64,000 nt of DNA, taken from an uncultured delta proteobacterium (GTDB taxonomy: Bacteria > Desulfobacterota > Binatia > UBA9968). The position numbers were made by a program, and so were the translations under genes. Below the pieces are notes generated by a model. It was not told the DNA's origin, searched no databases, and saw only the letters and a list, made by a program, of their open reading frames with translations. The stretch is from assembly GCA_963728565.1 (NCBI GenBank), contig CAVSLC010000006.1, forward strand, positions 1 through 64,000, read 5' to 3'. Below are positions 38,802 through 49,645 of this stretch, in pieces. Every line of letters starts with the position of its first letter. Position 1 is the first letter of the stretch.

Positions 38802-39509
38802 TCACTTCCGACCCTTGAATAACTGTTTGAAATAATCCGGTGCTGCGGTTTCAAACGTAAGTCGCTCACCCGTGAACGGGTGTGTAACCGAAAGCGAACG
38901 GGCGTGAAGCGCGAGATCGCGGTGCCCTCGTTTTTCTTTTCCGTACTTCGTGTCTCCCACAACAGGATGGCCATTTTCGGCGAGATGCACGCGTATCTGA
39001 TGTTTTCTGCCGGTCAATAGATCAACTTCCAATAGAGCAAAGTCTTTGGTTTGCTCGAGCACTCGATAGGCGGTGCGGGCTAACCTGCCTTTGCTCCTGT
39101 CCGACGTCGAGTAAACCAGGTGCGCCTTGTTTTCTGCCAGATAGCTAGAAATAATCTCCGTCTCTTTTTCCATCCGGCCGTGAACCACCGCCAGGTATTT
39201 CTTCTCCGTGGTGTCCCAATGCTGCTGCAGATGCAACTTCGCCTCGATCGTCTTGGCAAAGATGAGGATCCCCGATGTTTCACGATCGAGCCGGTGCACG
39301 ATGAAGATGCGATTGCGAGATTTGCTGCGACCCTTGCGCACGTAGTCGGTCAGGATGAAATAAGCCGTCCGCGTTTTCTCCGAATCGGTCGCCATCGTTA
39401 ACAGGCCGGCCGGTTTGTTAACCACCAGAATGTCCCTGTCTTCGTAGAGAAGCGCGATGCCGCGCGGGAGATTTCGTGTGGCAGGACGAGCGGAGATCAC
39501 AGGAACCAT
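38802..39509 (-). CDS. RluA-family pseudouridine synthase
   Basis: VNKPAGL, VHRLDRETSG, TGRKHQIRVH. Confidence 0.93.
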   Translation of the reverse strand: MVPVISARPATRNLPRGIALLYEDRDILVVNKPAGLLTMATDSEKTRTAYFILTDYVRKGRSKSRNRIFIVHRLDRETSGILIFAKTIEAKLHLQQHWDTTEKKYLAVVHGRMEKETEIISSYLAENKAHLVYSTSDRSKGRLARTAYRVLEQTKDFALLEVDLLTGRKHQIRVHLAENGHPVVGDTKYGKEKRGHRDLALHARSLSVTHPFTGERLTFETAAPDYFKQLFKGRK

Positions 39510-39646
39510 TGGATTTGAGTAAGCCCATCGTCGCCCGAAAAGGTTGGCTAACCGGCTGGCTTCGACCCTAGGTAACCATTCCGAGCGACTCTGTGGTTAT
39601 GTAGGAAGATAAACGTATTTGTTTATCAAATCGAAACGCTCATAGC

Positions 39647-40743
39647 CTAACCATCCCGGCTATTGTCTGCCCCGTGCCAGATGCTTTCGTAAATTCGTTC
39701 CAACTCAGCCGCTTCGCGCTCGATTGAAAAGTGATTGATCACATGAGCGCGCCCGGCCTTGCCCCATTTCGAGCGTGAGCTGCGGGTCGCGCATCAGAAT
39801 TTCGAGGCGAGAGACCAAGCCGTCGAGATCCTCAGGAGAAACCAGATAGCCGGTATGCTCGTTGACTATGATGTGGTGAGCGGCGCCGACGCGAGTTGCC
39901 ACCACCGCGCAACCGCTCGCCATTGCTTCCAACGGCACCAGCCCGAAACCCTCCCAACGCTGCGGCGCGACGACGATGCTAATGCGCCTGAACCAGAGAG
40001 GGATCTCAGCCGCGGGCCTTTCACCGAGAAAGTGGATGCGCTGCGACAGACCAGCAGCCGCGATGATGCCCTTGAGGTGTCTTGCAAACTGGAATTTGGT
40101 CCGGTGTCACGGCGCCAATGATCACGGCCGTGAAGTCGGGAAAGTTCGGTAGTAAGCGGCACATCGCTTCAACGAAAAGATCGGTTCCTTTTTGATGCCG
40201 CACACGTCCAAAAATAGCGATACCGAAGCGCCCGGAAAGTCCGCTCGCGCCCCATTCCCGGCTGCGGTCCTCAGCAGGAAAGTAGCGCGCCGTGTCGACG
40301 CCGTGGGAGATGATCTTGGCAGGTACCGGAATATAATTTGCTGTTTCAGCTGAAGTCGCGACAACGGCATCCATCTGCCGCATCAGCCAATGCGTCCAAC
40401 GACTGTGGCGGCGCTGGGCCGCAGATGTCAGCACGAGTTTGAGTGGCATGCCCAGCACGGAACGAAGAATCAGGCCTGTGAGCGCCTCGAGGTTGCGGCG
40501 CGCATGCCAAATGCGAAATCTTTTCCCGGGTGGCGGATTAAATCCGTGCCTGAAGAGATCGCTCCAGCTGATGCGCGGCCATTGCGGTGGGACACTGGGA
40601 CCCAGAGCGGCAATCTCTAATCGCTTGGCCTGTTCCGGTATCAGAGCCGCGACGGTTGAGGTTACTCCGGTGTGCCGCCGCTTTAGACTCGCGACAATAA
40701 CTTCGAATTCCTGGGCGCGATTCATAGATAAATCTCGGGACAC
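39647..40743 (-). CDS. GT4 glycosyltransferase (LpcC-like), frameshifts near 40095 and 39765
   Basis: RRHTGVTST, WHARRN, FGRVRHQKGTDLF, EGFGLVPLEAMASG. Confidence 0.85.
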
Positions 40744-40805
40744 ACAGGGGGGACTCAGAGAAGAGATCGCTTGTTCGATTAGTTTTCTCCTCTAAGTTCG
40801 ACCCT

Positions 40806-41813
40806 TCATTTCACCCGTTCTATAAATCCGCTCTTTTTTATCTCATCAAGGATGGTCGGATCGAGCAGTCGCAGGCTGTCAGGGGTCGCTGCCGCAGCTT
40901 TAGCGTTTTGTTTGGCAACCTCGGCGATGACAAACTCAAGACCTCTTGGTTCCGGTAAGCTCAACATTCCGTCGCCATGCTGAGCGATGTAGAAATCATA
41001 TCCTATGGATGCGCTCTCATCGTCTAGGCGCAGGTATTTTTTGATCAGTCGAACCGCCAGATTCTTATCCCGCTTCATCATGTAGAGTCCTTCGATCATT
41101 GCTTTAATGAAACCGATCGCTTGCTCTCGGTGGGTTTCGAGAAACTTCCTAGTTGTCATAAAACAATTATGGCAGTAGCGCGGCAGTCCCCATTTTTTGT
41201 CCGACAGATCGACCATCAGACTCATGCCTGCTTTTATGGCCGAGGTCGCCTGAGGATCGCTCAGCACCGTCGCCTGGACCTGACCGGAAAGCAAAGCGGC
41301 CTGCCGTGTGGATACGCCGCCTAGCTGGAGGATTTGAACCTGATCGGCCTTCGCGCCGATTTTTTCCAAGGCGATTCTGAGGTTGACCTCTGAGGAGGAG
41401 CCGAACCGGCTGATGGCGATTCGTTTGCCTTTGAAATCCTCGGCTGTTTTGATTTCGGGTCGGACGATCAGTTTATCAGGAATGAAGTTGATCCCTCCGG
41501 CAACGATCGTGATGTCGGCTCCCCGTAAGTTGGCATTAACTGCCAAGGATCCGGTGGAAAAGAGGAACTGAGACTCGTTCGCCACCAGAGTCTGCATGCC
41601 GACCGTGCCGTTTTCGATGGCGATGTACTCCATGTCCATGCCATATTTCTTCAAGAGCTTTTGATCGTAAGCCACCCAGAGCAGCGAGTGGATGACAGAG
41701 AGGCCGCCGCTGGCGGCGCGAATTTTTTGCGCTGTGGCTGGCGCAGGGCTAAACGACAAAACCAGGAGTATGGCAACGGTTGAAAACATTCGTAGCTTCA
41801 CATTTTTCTCCAT
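40806..41813 (-). CDS. NMT1/SsuA-type ABC substrate-binding protein
   Basis: Signal peptide; KGKRIAISRFGSSS; start placed at MEKNVK. Confidence 0.85.
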   Translation of the reverse strand: MEKNVKLRMFSTVAILLVLSFSPAPATAQKIRAASGGLSVIHSLLWVAYDQKLLKKYGMDMEYIAIENGTVGMQTLVANESQFLFSTGSLAVNANLRGADITIVAGGINFIPDKLIVRPEIKTAEDFKGKRIAISRFGSSSEVNLRIALEKIGAKADQVQILQLGGVSTRQAALLSGQVQATVLSDPQATSAIKAGMSLMVDLSDKKWGLPRYCHNCFMTTRKFLETHREQAIGFIKAMIEGLYMMKRDKNLAVRLIKKYLRLDDESASIGYDFYIAQHGDGMLSLPEPRGLEFVIAEVAKQNAKAAAATPDSLRLLDPTILDEIKKSGFIERVK

Positions 41814-42006
41814 CCCATGGCAGAAATGCTCCGGTGTGTCATTAAAACGATCTTCACAGGAACGATACGAAGCGCATGAAATTAAAATTCGAGCGTCCGA
41901 TCCGCTGATCATCTTGGCCTCGTCTTCATGCGCTTCGAACTCTCGGTTGTTTCGGGAAGGCACTTGCCTCGAATACAACGATTTGGATGACTCATCGGCC
42001 GCCACG

Positions 42007-44229
42007 CTATTGATCCTTGTCGATCCAAACCTCCACATTGTAATCCGGCGCGCCGGATACTGGATCGATCCGGCGCGGGATCAAGACATTAGCTTCCGGC
42101 CAATATGCTTGTAAAGTTCCGGGCTTAAGCGGCGCGAGCTGAATGATCGCTTTCATTCTGCCAATGTCCGAGCGTACGATCACTTCATAGCCGTCTTCCA
42201 ACTCGAGCCTCTCGGCATCGTCCGGCGACATAAAGATGATCTGGCGCGATGTCGTTCCCATTGAACGATGTGTATGGCCGAAGGTCATGCTGTTGAATTG
42301 TTTGCCGCGCCGCGTTGCCAGATAGAATTTACCCGGGGCAGCGCGTCGATCCGGTGGCTTGATCGGCGTAAATAGGGCCCGGTTCTCAGGCATGCTGGTG
42401 AAGCCGTGTTTGAAGAGGAACGGGCCGCCCCATTGAAAATGATCGCCCTCCCTGGAGAGCTTCTCAATCCCATGATAAATCGGCATCACCCGGGCCATTT
42501 CTTCGCGGATACTTTGAGTGTCGTCGAAAGGGAAAAGAAGCTCGCCATTGGGCATGGCCTTGCGCCCGATCCGCACCGGTATCTCCCACTCGGGCAGCGC
42601 TTCGCCGATCGTATGGCCGGGAATCTCAGGGCTGAAGCGGATTCGTCTTTCGGTGCTGGTCGAGGTTCCGCCACCGCGTTGTTCATAGCGAGTTTGACTC
42701 GGCAGAATCAGTATCGATTCCTGTGCGTTGAGCAACATGGAAGTATTCAGCAGAATGTCCTGGTGTAGCCGCACCGGGACGCGCTCCAAGGCTCTCGCGA
42801 CCAAATTTCGGTCCGGAAGAGTTTCCAGTAAATTTCCGCCGATGGAATATAAAAACTGGAGCTCTCCCCGACGCGCGGCTTCGATCATATGCGGCACCTT
42901 TAAGCCGGGCATCGACGGAATCGGATGCTTCCACAGATTGGAAAAGCGACGCGCGCTCGATTCATCCACCGCGAAGCCGCCCGGGAATGTGTCCGGTTCG
43001 GCGCCGCATTCGCCTCCCCCTTGGGCGCCGCTATGGCCGCGCATCGGCATAATGCCGCATTTTTCCCGGCCGAACATGCCGCGCGCCAGAGCCAGATTGA
43101 CGATCGCTTTGACGTTATCGACGCCGAACTCATGCTGGGTCAATCCGGTGCTATAGACGAACACGGCAGACTGGGCGGTGCCGTAGAGTTGGGCGAATCC
43201 GATCATCTGATTGCGGGTGACGCCCGAGCATTGCTCGAGCATGTCCCAGGATTGTTGTTCGACGGCAGCTTTCATCTCCTCGAACCCGGCAGTGTGCGCA
43301 GCAATAAAGTCGTGATGCACCTGATCCGCGGCCAGAAGGGCTTTAAGAACCCCATTGATGAAAGCGATGTCGCCGCCAACACGCACCTGGTAGAAATCGT
43401 CCATCAGCTTGGTGCCGAAAACCGCACTGGATGGGATCGACGGCACCCAATAACGTTCCAGACCGTATTCGCGCATGGGATTGACAACGATGATGCGCGT
43501 GCCCTGTTGTTTGGCGAAGTGCATGTACTTGGTGGTCACCGGATGATTGTTGGCCAAGTCGGAGCCGAAGATGACAAGCATCTCGGTACCGATGAAATCC
43601 GCAAGCGAGCCGGTGGGGGCGCCGATACCTAGTGTCGCTTTCAAACCCGAAACGGTGGCGGCATGGCAAAGGCGCGAGCACAAATCCACGTTGTTGGTGC
43701 CGAGCACGCGCGCCAGCTTTTGAAATACATAGTAGACTTCGTTAGTCAGCCCACGTGAGGTCGCAAAGAAGGCCATCTGATTAGGCGGAGTATTGCGAAT
43801 CGATCGGGTCGTCAATTCCACTGCTTGATCCCAAGTGATTCTGCTAAAGCCTTTTTCTCCTCGACGGCGAAGCATGGGGAAAGGAATGCGTCCCAAGGAT
43901 CGCAGCTTCTCCGGCGCCAGCCGCCGAAGAGCGCTGACATCGCTCATCAGCGACGGGTCCAGCGCGCTCATCGTGTTCACCTTGAGAAGCTTCAGGCGCG
44001 TCATACAGAGATGAACGCCGTCATGAACGTTATCTTTCAATCCGTACGGACCAAGAGAGCAACCGTCGCACACGCCGCGTTTCAAGATATCCCAGGCGTA
44101 CGGTAGTTCGGTTTTGTTCTCCCAGAGCACGCCCAACATTTCGCGGTAATGCCTTGGCTTGGTCTGGCCGACCAAGCCAAAGGGAACGAAGCGCGAGAGC
44201 CCAGTGCCGTTTGATGTTAGCTTAGACAT
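42007..44229 (-). CDS. FdhF/YdeP-family molybdopterin oxidoreductase
   Basis: CDGCSLG...HLC, SRGLTNE, CSRLCH, MRGHS, RRGKQFNS. Confidence 0.9.
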   Translation of the reverse strand: MSKLTSNGTGLSRFVPFGLVGQTKPRHYREMLGVLWENKTELPYAWDILKRGVCDGCSLGPYGLKDNVHDGVHLCMTRLKLLKVNTMSALDPSLMSDVSALRRLAPEKLRSLGRIPFPMLRRRGEKGFSRITWDQAVELTTRSIRNTPPNQMAFFATSRGLTNEVYYVFQKLARVLGTNNVDLCSRLCHAATVSGLKATLGIGAPTGSLADFIGTEMLVIFGSDLANNHPVTTKYMHFAKQQGTRIIVVNPMREYGLERYWVPSIPSSAVFGTKLMDDFYQVRVGGDIAFINGVLKALLAADQVHHDFIAAHTAGFEEMKAAVEQQSWDMLEQCSGVTRNQMIGFAQLYGTAQSAVFVYSTGLTQHEFGVDNVKAIVNLALARGMFGREKCGIMPMRGHSGAQGGGECGAEPDTFPGGFAVDESSARRFSNLWKHPIPSMPGLKVPHMIEAARRGELQFLYSIGGNLLETLPDRNLVARALERVPVRLHQDILLNTSMLLNAQESILILPSQTRYEQRGGGTSTSTERRIRFSPEIPGHTIGEALPEWEIPVRIGRKAMPNGELLFPFDDTQSIREEMARVMPIYHGIEKLSREGDHFQWGGPFLFKHGFTSMPENRALFTPIKPPDRRAAPGKFYLATRRGKQFNSMTFGHTHRSMGTTSRQIIFMSPDDAERLELEDGYEVIVRSDIGRMKAIIQLAPLKPGTLQAYWPEANVLIPRRIDPVSGAPDYNVEVWIDKDQ

Positions 44230-44241
44230 GGGTCTTGAACA

Positions 44242-44697
44242 TCAACCGTCTGTCTTGCGCAATTCTTCGAGAACCGCGAAAAACTTCTCGGGTTCGCTTT
44301 TCGAGACAGCTGTTTTGTACAAGGCATAGCGTTGATGAGAGGACCAAGCGGTCCACTCTTCGAGTGTAACGGCCTTGCCGTTATCGCCGGATCGTTCCCG
44401 AACCGGTGCCGGAACGTGATCCGAAATTTCCCATAAGGGTTCCATGGGCGGAAGTTCTTGCGCCGGGGCCTGGCAATACTGGCGGGAGAGAAAGTTCAGG
44501 TAATCCTTAAAAACTTGCTTCTCGTCTGGGTGGTCCACCGGCAAGTGGCAGATCGCGGTGCGTTCTTCGATGTGGAAGGCGAGCCACTGCTTGAGAGATA
44601 ATTTGATGCCGGCAAGATCGAGCTTCATCCGGACATGCAGGGGAAGACGTTCCAAATATGGATAAGAGTCTTTTTCGTATTGAAATCTGTGAAACAT
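44242..44697 (-). CDS. Nitrate reductase-associated (NarM-like) protein
   Basis: F.YE...LP..VRMKLDLAGIKL.L.QW...QRYAL.K. Confidence 0.75.
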   Translation of the reverse strand: MFHRFQYEKDSYPYLERLPLHVRMKLDLAGIKLSLKQWLAFHIEERTAICHLPVDHPDEKQVFKDYLNFLSRQYCQAPAQELPPMEPLWEISDHVPAPVRERSGDNGKAVTLEEWTAWSSHQRYALYKTAVSKSEPEKFFAVLEELRKTDG

Positions 44698-45145
44698 AAT
44701 CTGCCGAGGGAATTTGCCTTTCGATCGGGCAAAAAGATATTTTCCCCTTCATTCATGGAAGTCAACCACATTATGTATGTATTGGATTAAAAAGACACGT
44801 GAATAGCGCGGTTTAACCCGCCATAGCAGCTTGGCGGCGGCAGCGATGGCAATCAACGTTCAAACCCGGGAACCCTCGGCGTTATCCGGGCTTGGTGGCC
44901 CGTGAAATTGCGGCCGCCGATGAAGTTGATAAAAAGAGAGTTTTGAAGACCAGTTATTGGGTATATTAAAAATATTCAGCGCTGCGCCCGGGAAACGCGC
45001 AAAACCTTTATCGGGGTGCTAATACATGCGATTTGAACCTCGTGCGGGACGCAAGGGCAAAACATCCTGCGCGAGGAAAAAAGCGCTTCCAATATGAAAC
45101 GTCCACGGATAAGTCATTCTAGCTGAAGAGGAATGCCGTAACATT

Positions 45146-45670
45146 ATGCAGAGTCTCCCGCCCAAAACTAATAATCCACCGCCGCCGATTGAGCCGACCG
45201 GATTCTTTACCGGAATCAAAATCCGCCCGGTCATCATCGGTGTCGCGGTCGATATTGTTGCTACGATGCTTCTGTCAACGATCTATTACTTTGTCTTCGT
45301 AGCGCGGGATTTAAGCGAGCCGGGTGCCATTTCCGAAGAGGCATTATCTCAGTACTGGAGTTCCAGCGAAGGCATCATGGCCAGTCTGGTAATCGGCACG
45401 TTTTGTACTGCGATCGGTGGTTTCTATGCCGGCCTTAAAGCGGGCGTACTGGAGATGAAGCACGGCGGCCTTGTTGGTGTAGGTTCGATCCTGACCGGAT
45501 TCATCCTGCAATCGGTCGGTGAAAACGGCACGGGACTCAATCAATGGCAAATGCTGATTGCCTATGCAGCGGCGATTCCCGCCGGAGCTTTGGGCGGTTC
45601 TGTGGCTGAGTGGGCGCGCGGCTTTGCGCCGGTGAAACCGCCAGACGGCGGCGCTTGGCCCAGGCATTAA
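45146..45670 (+). CDS. Membrane protein of unknown function
   Basis: Four Gly-rich hydrophobic helices. Confidence 0.75.
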   Translation: MQSLPPKTNNPPPPIEPTGFFTGIKIRPVIIGVAVDIVATMLLSTIYYFVFVARDLSEPGAISEEALSQYWSSSEGIMASLVIGTFCTAIGGFYAGLKAGVLEMKHGGLVGVGSILTGFILQSVGENGTGLNQWQMLIAYAAAIPAGALGGSVAEWARGFAPVKPPDGGAWPRH

Positions 45671-45675
45671 GCATT

Positions 45676-46228
45676 ATGCGGGGGATCGAATATAGACGCG
45701 CCGGGCCCGAAGATTATGCCGGAATCGTTCGGCTGCAGCGGGCTAATTATATTGCGAACCTCACGGCACGAGGAGCGCCGGGAAGGTTTTCTCTCCGCCG
45801 AGTTCGGTTCGGATCAGGTTGCCGCCATTGCGAGCGATCTCGGGATCGCCATCGTCACGATGGACGATGACCTTGCCGGTTGCTTGTGCGGAATCAGGCG
45901 CGAATTCGACCATGGCTCGCCGGTGGTTGCGAAAATGCTCGAGTCCTACGACCAGGCTTGGTTCCAAGGCAAACCGCTAAGCGCATTCAACAGCTATATA
46001 TACGGTCCGGTATGCATTGCTCGTCAGCACCGCCGCCGCGGCCTGCTGCGCGGGCTGTATGATTTCCAAAAAAAAGATTTGGCCGGTCAATTCGACGTCG
46101 GCGTCGCCCTGGTCTCACATAGCAATCCTCATTCAATGCAGGCGCATGTGGAGGGATTGGGAATGAGCGAAGCGGGGGAATTCGAAGTAAACGGCAACTT
46201 ATTCGCCATCCTGGCGTTCCGCATTTGA
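45676..46228 (+). CDS. GNAT-family acetyltransferase, frameshift near 45765
   Basis: IEYRRA..DY.GI..LQ; YGPVCIARQHRRRGL; NPHSMQAH. Confidence 0.8.
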
Positions 46229-46510
46229 ATCTATGGCTGCTCGAATCATGCACACGCTACCAATGCCCTCGAGGTGAGTCGCCTCCGAGAAGGCGAGGGG
46301 CCTGTATCTCGAGGCTTAGCGTGATCTGTCAGTGGTGCAGCGAATGCTAGGTAGGAGTTGTCATTGTCCGGCCAAGCACCAAAGAAGTCGTTGAAGTTGT
46401 ACCGCTCGGCGCCTTCGCCTCTCCGGGCTCACCCCGACGGCCTACGCAGTCATCATTTTTTACGCTGATCATGACGAATGCGGGCTACCAGCTTGCTGAA
46501 AACTCTGTTT

Positions 46511-46587
46511 GCAGGCTGCTCAAAAAGAGCTCAAAGGCGAGTCGGGCGAAGCGCAACGAAGCATATGAGGCTTTTTCAGCAACCTGC
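46511..46587 (+). mobile_element. MITE-like element, internally deleted copy
   Basis: GCAGGCTGCTCAAAA...TTTTCAGCAACCTGC, same ends as 54116-54240. Confidence 0.7.
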
Positions 46588-46694
46588 GAGTGAAGCCCGT
46601 ACCGGCTTGCGCATTGGCCAGCGCTCTCATAGAATCCCTTCGTCGTCGTCACTCCTCGGCGACGGCGACATTTTCGAAAGGAGAATGATAAATA

Positions 46695-47198
46695 ATGGAT
46701 AAAGAGATCAAGAAGACCGCGCTGAGAATGATTCCGTATGGGCTCTATGTTCTGACCGGTGAAGGCAAAGACGGCAAGATCGCCGCGGCGACAGTCAACT
46801 GGGTAACGCAAACTGCCTTTGATCCGCCGCTGGTGGTGGTGGGCGTGAAAGCCGACTCCGGCGCTCATGCGATTATCAAGGAATCGGGAACATTCGCTTT
46901 AAATATTCTTGGCAAGGATCAAAAAAACCAGGCTTATACCTTTTTCAAAGCGCTCGAGCGCGAAGGCGATAAGATCGGCGGCGAACCATTCCGCAAGGGA
47001 AGTCTTGGCGCGCCGATTTTGCAGAACGCTCCGGCGTTTGTCGAGTGCCAACTAGTGGAGACCATCGAGAGGGGCGACCATTCGATTTTCGTCGGTGAGG
47101 TCAAAGATGCCGGGGTTGCCGCGCAACCTGAAGGACGCCCTGACGATGCGACGCTAACCCTTAAAGATCTGGGTGATAAAGTTTTTTATGGCGGCTAG
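46695..47198 (+). CDS. Flavin reductase family protein
   Basis: IPYGLYVLT, FDPPLV, GDHSIFVGEV. Confidence 0.92.
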   Translation: MDKEIKKTALRMIPYGLYVLTGEGKDGKIAAATVNWVTQTAFDPPLVVVGVKADSGAHAIIKESGTFALNILGKDQKNQAYTFFKALEREGDKIGGEPFRKGSLGAPILQNAPAFVECQLVETIERGDHSIFVGEVKDAGVAAQPEGRPDDATLTLKDLGDKVFYGG

Positions 47199-47360
47199 CA
47201 ACTGATCAAAAAGGCCACCTGCTTCGTTGCGCACGGTCGGCTCGCTTCTACGTACACTAGGAGTGCGCTTTCGCTCGACGACTCATGGCGCGTCTCGCAT
47301 CTAGTCTTTTTGATCAGGCTGCCGACAAGGAAATAAAAACGATCCGATAAAGGGGAAATC

Positions 47361-47744
47361 ATGGCTAAAATTCGACACATTGCTTACCGCGCAGAGGACG
47401 TCGACGCGATGGCCAAGTTTTTCGTAGATGCGATGGGCATGACCATCAAGCAGAAGCGCAAGAACACCGCCGTCGATCTTACCGATGGCACCACCAACAT
47501 CACGGTGCTTCCCTTGGCGGCCGGCAGACCGGGTGGCGAGCCGGGCCGCGCCGGTATCGATCACATCGGCTTCACCGTTGAAAGTGAAGAGGAAGCCAGC
47601 CGCATGCTGGAGGCAGCCGGCGCGCACAAGATCGGACGGGTCGAACTTGGCAGTCAGGTGCACTACGAGGTTAAGTATCAAGGGCCGGAAGGTATCGTCG
47701 TCGACGTGGGTCACTGGCTTGGAACCGAACCGATTACGAAATAG
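47361..47744 (+). CDS. VOC/glyoxalase family protein
   Basis: IRHIAY, GIDHIGF, GPEG. Confidence 0.88.
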   Translation: MAKIRHIAYRAEDVDAMAKFFVDAMGMTIKQKRKNTAVDLTDGTTNITVLPLAAGRPGGEPGRAGIDHIGFTVESEEEASRMLEAAGAHKIGRVELGSQVHYEVKYQGPEGIVVDVGHWLGTEPITK

Positions 47745-47769
47745 ATGACACCGCAGTGGCGGTGTCATC
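47744..47769. terminator. Hairpin after the VOC gene
   Basis: GATGACACCGC-agtg-GCGGTGTCATC, in the gap between convergent genes. Confidence 0.55.
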
Positions 47770-47927
47770 GTTCAACGGTTCAACCGTTCAATGGTTCAAC
47801 GTCAGGCCTCGGACTAGAAACAATCGTTCAAGATGTTCAAGCTGTTCAAAGGTTCGCGACGTTCTTCTCACTGCTGACGTTGTAATCAGGCACCGACTTC
47901 TGACATTGAACATTTGAACGTTGAAAC
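47770..47927. repeat. Periodic palindromic element, family B (8-bp GTTCAA units)
   Basis: GTTCAAnn repeats; GTTCAACGTCAG...CTGACATTGAAC. Confidence 0.8.
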
Positions 47928-47938
47928 TGATGATTCGT

Positions 47939-49408
47939 TTAACGAATCATCAGCCTTTCCGCTTTCCCCGAATAATTGATAAATACAGTCTTCAGCTCGG
48001 TGAAGAAGTTCAAGCCTTCTTCGGCCATTTCGCGCTCGCCGACACCGGTGGATTTAGTGCCGCCGAAGGGAAGCTGGGCTTCACCGCCGATGGTTGGCTC
48101 ATTGACGTGCACCATGCCGGTTTCGACTTCTTCGACGAAGTTCATGATCGTATCGATGTTCTCGGTAAAGATCGAAGTGGTCAGGCCGTATTCCACGCCA
48201 TTGGCATAACTCAACGCCTCTTCTAAATTGTTGGCGGTGGAGACCGAAAGTACGGGTCCGAAGACTTCCTCTTTAAAGAGCCGCATGCCGGGCGCGACAT
48301 TATCGAAAATTGTTGGTGCGACGAAGTAACCCCTGCCGAGGTGCTCGGGCTTTTTGCCGCCCAGCAGCAAGCGAGCGCCTTCTTCCTGTCCGATCCTGAT
48401 GTAGTCCAAATCGGTTTTCCACTGCTTCTCATCCACGGCCGGACCCATATCGACGGTTTCATCCAGACCGGAGCCGATTTTGATTTTCTTGGCGGCTTCG
48501 ATAAGCCGCTCCGTGAGCGCGTCTTTGATGGCCGGATTGACGATCACCCGCGATGTTGCCGTGCAGCGCTGTCCAGTGGAACCGAAGGCGCCGCCGTGAA
48601 TGGCAACGGCTGCCTTATCCAGATCGGCATCCGCCATGACGATGACCGCGTTTTTACCGCCCATCTCACAGGTCACTTTTGCGCCGCGCTGCGCCGCTTT
48701 AACGTAGAGCGCGCCGCCGATTTCGTTGGATCCGGTGAAGGATACGGCGCGAATGGTCGGAGAATTGACAATCGCTTCGCCGACCACCGAGCCGGAACCT
48801 ACCACCATATTGAAAACACCCGGCGGCAGGCCGGCTTGTTCATAAATCTCGGCGAGCAACGCCGCCGTGGCCGGTGTCAGCTCGGCCGGTTTGAATATCA
48901 CGGTATTGCCGGCGACCAGCGCCGGCGCGGATTTCCAGACCGGAATAGCCCAGGGAAAGTTCCACGGGGCGATCAGGCCGACCGCTCCCAAAGGCCTGCG
49001 AACCGTGTAGGTAAAAGTATCGCGCGCCTCCGACGGAAGCGTCTTGCCGTGCATGCGATAACCTTCGCCGGCATAAAATTCCATTAGCGAAATACCCTTC
49101 AGCACTTCGCCTTTGGCTTCCTTCAAGATTTTGCCCTCTTCGCGGGTCAGGGTGCGGGCGATTTCGTCAGCGCGCTGGCGCGCGATATCGGCCGCGCGCC
49201 AGAGGACGCGGCCACGCTCGGGTCCAGGCGTTCTCTTCCAGCCTTTAAAAGCCGCTTGTGCCGCTTCAATCGCGCGGTGCGCATCCTGTGATGTTGCCGC
49301 GGGAAACTCGGCGATGACGTCGTTGAGGTCGGCTGGATTGATGTTGCGCACCAGCCGCTCGGATTTTGGATGAAACCACTTGCCGTCGATATAGGAGCCG
49401 GTATTCAT
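47939..49408 (-). CDS. Aldehyde dehydrogenase
   Basis: PWNFP, FTGS, EMGGKN, GQRCTA, EEVFGP. Confidence 0.95.
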   Translation of the reverse strand: MNTGSYIDGKWFHPKSERLVRNINPADLNDVIAEFPAATSQDAHRAIEAAQAAFKGWKRTPGPERGRVLWRAADIARQRADEIARTLTREEGKILKEAKGEVLKGISLMEFYAGEGYRMHGKTLPSEARDTFTYTVRRPLGAVGLIAPWNFPWAIPVWKSAPALVAGNTVIFKPAELTPATAALLAEIYEQAGLPPGVFNMVVGSGSVVGEAIVNSPTIRAVSFTGSNEIGGALYVKAAQRGAKVTCEMGGKNAVIVMADADLDKAAVAIHGGAFGSTGQRCTATSRVIVNPAIKDALTERLIEAAKKIKIGSGLDETVDMGPAVDEKQWKTDLDYIRIGQEEGARLLLGGKKPEHLGRGYFVAPTIFDNVAPGMRLFKEEVFGPVLSVSTANNLEEALSYANGVEYGLTTSIFTENIDTIMNFVEEVETGMVHVNEPTIGGEAQLPFGGTKSTGVGEREMAEEGLNFFTELKTVFINYSGKAERLMIR

Positions 49409-49519
49409 GTTTGCCTCCTCCAGAAAAAACTAGCTACCTTCCTGCCGCAGAGTCGCGGCCAACTAAACAATCACCACGGAGACATAGCAGCGGCAGCGTT
49501 CCAACCAATCTCGGAGTAT

Positions 49520-49588
49520 CTCGCGCAAAGGCGCAAGGCGCAAGGAAAAAACGATATCCGAACTTGCGTCTTGGCGATTTGGCGCGAG
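49520..49588. repeat. Periodic palindromic element, family C
   Basis: CTCGCGCAAAGGCGCAAGGCGCAAG...CTTGCGTCTTGGCGATTTGGCGCGAG. Confidence 0.75.
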
Positions 49589-49645
49589 TCAATCCTCCTG
49601 ATCATGAGCTATGAATTGTCACAGACTTTGCCTAAGCTGCAAAAT

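Noticed and set aside
42007-44229. Selenocysteine formate dehydrogenase
   Set aside because: No in-frame TGA; the active-site position is Cys and the motifs are YdeP-type.
45040-45080. c-di-GMP-I riboswitch (GGGACGCAA and GGGCAAAAC words)
   Set aside because: The motifs are in the wrong order and the GAAA tetraloop stem is missing.
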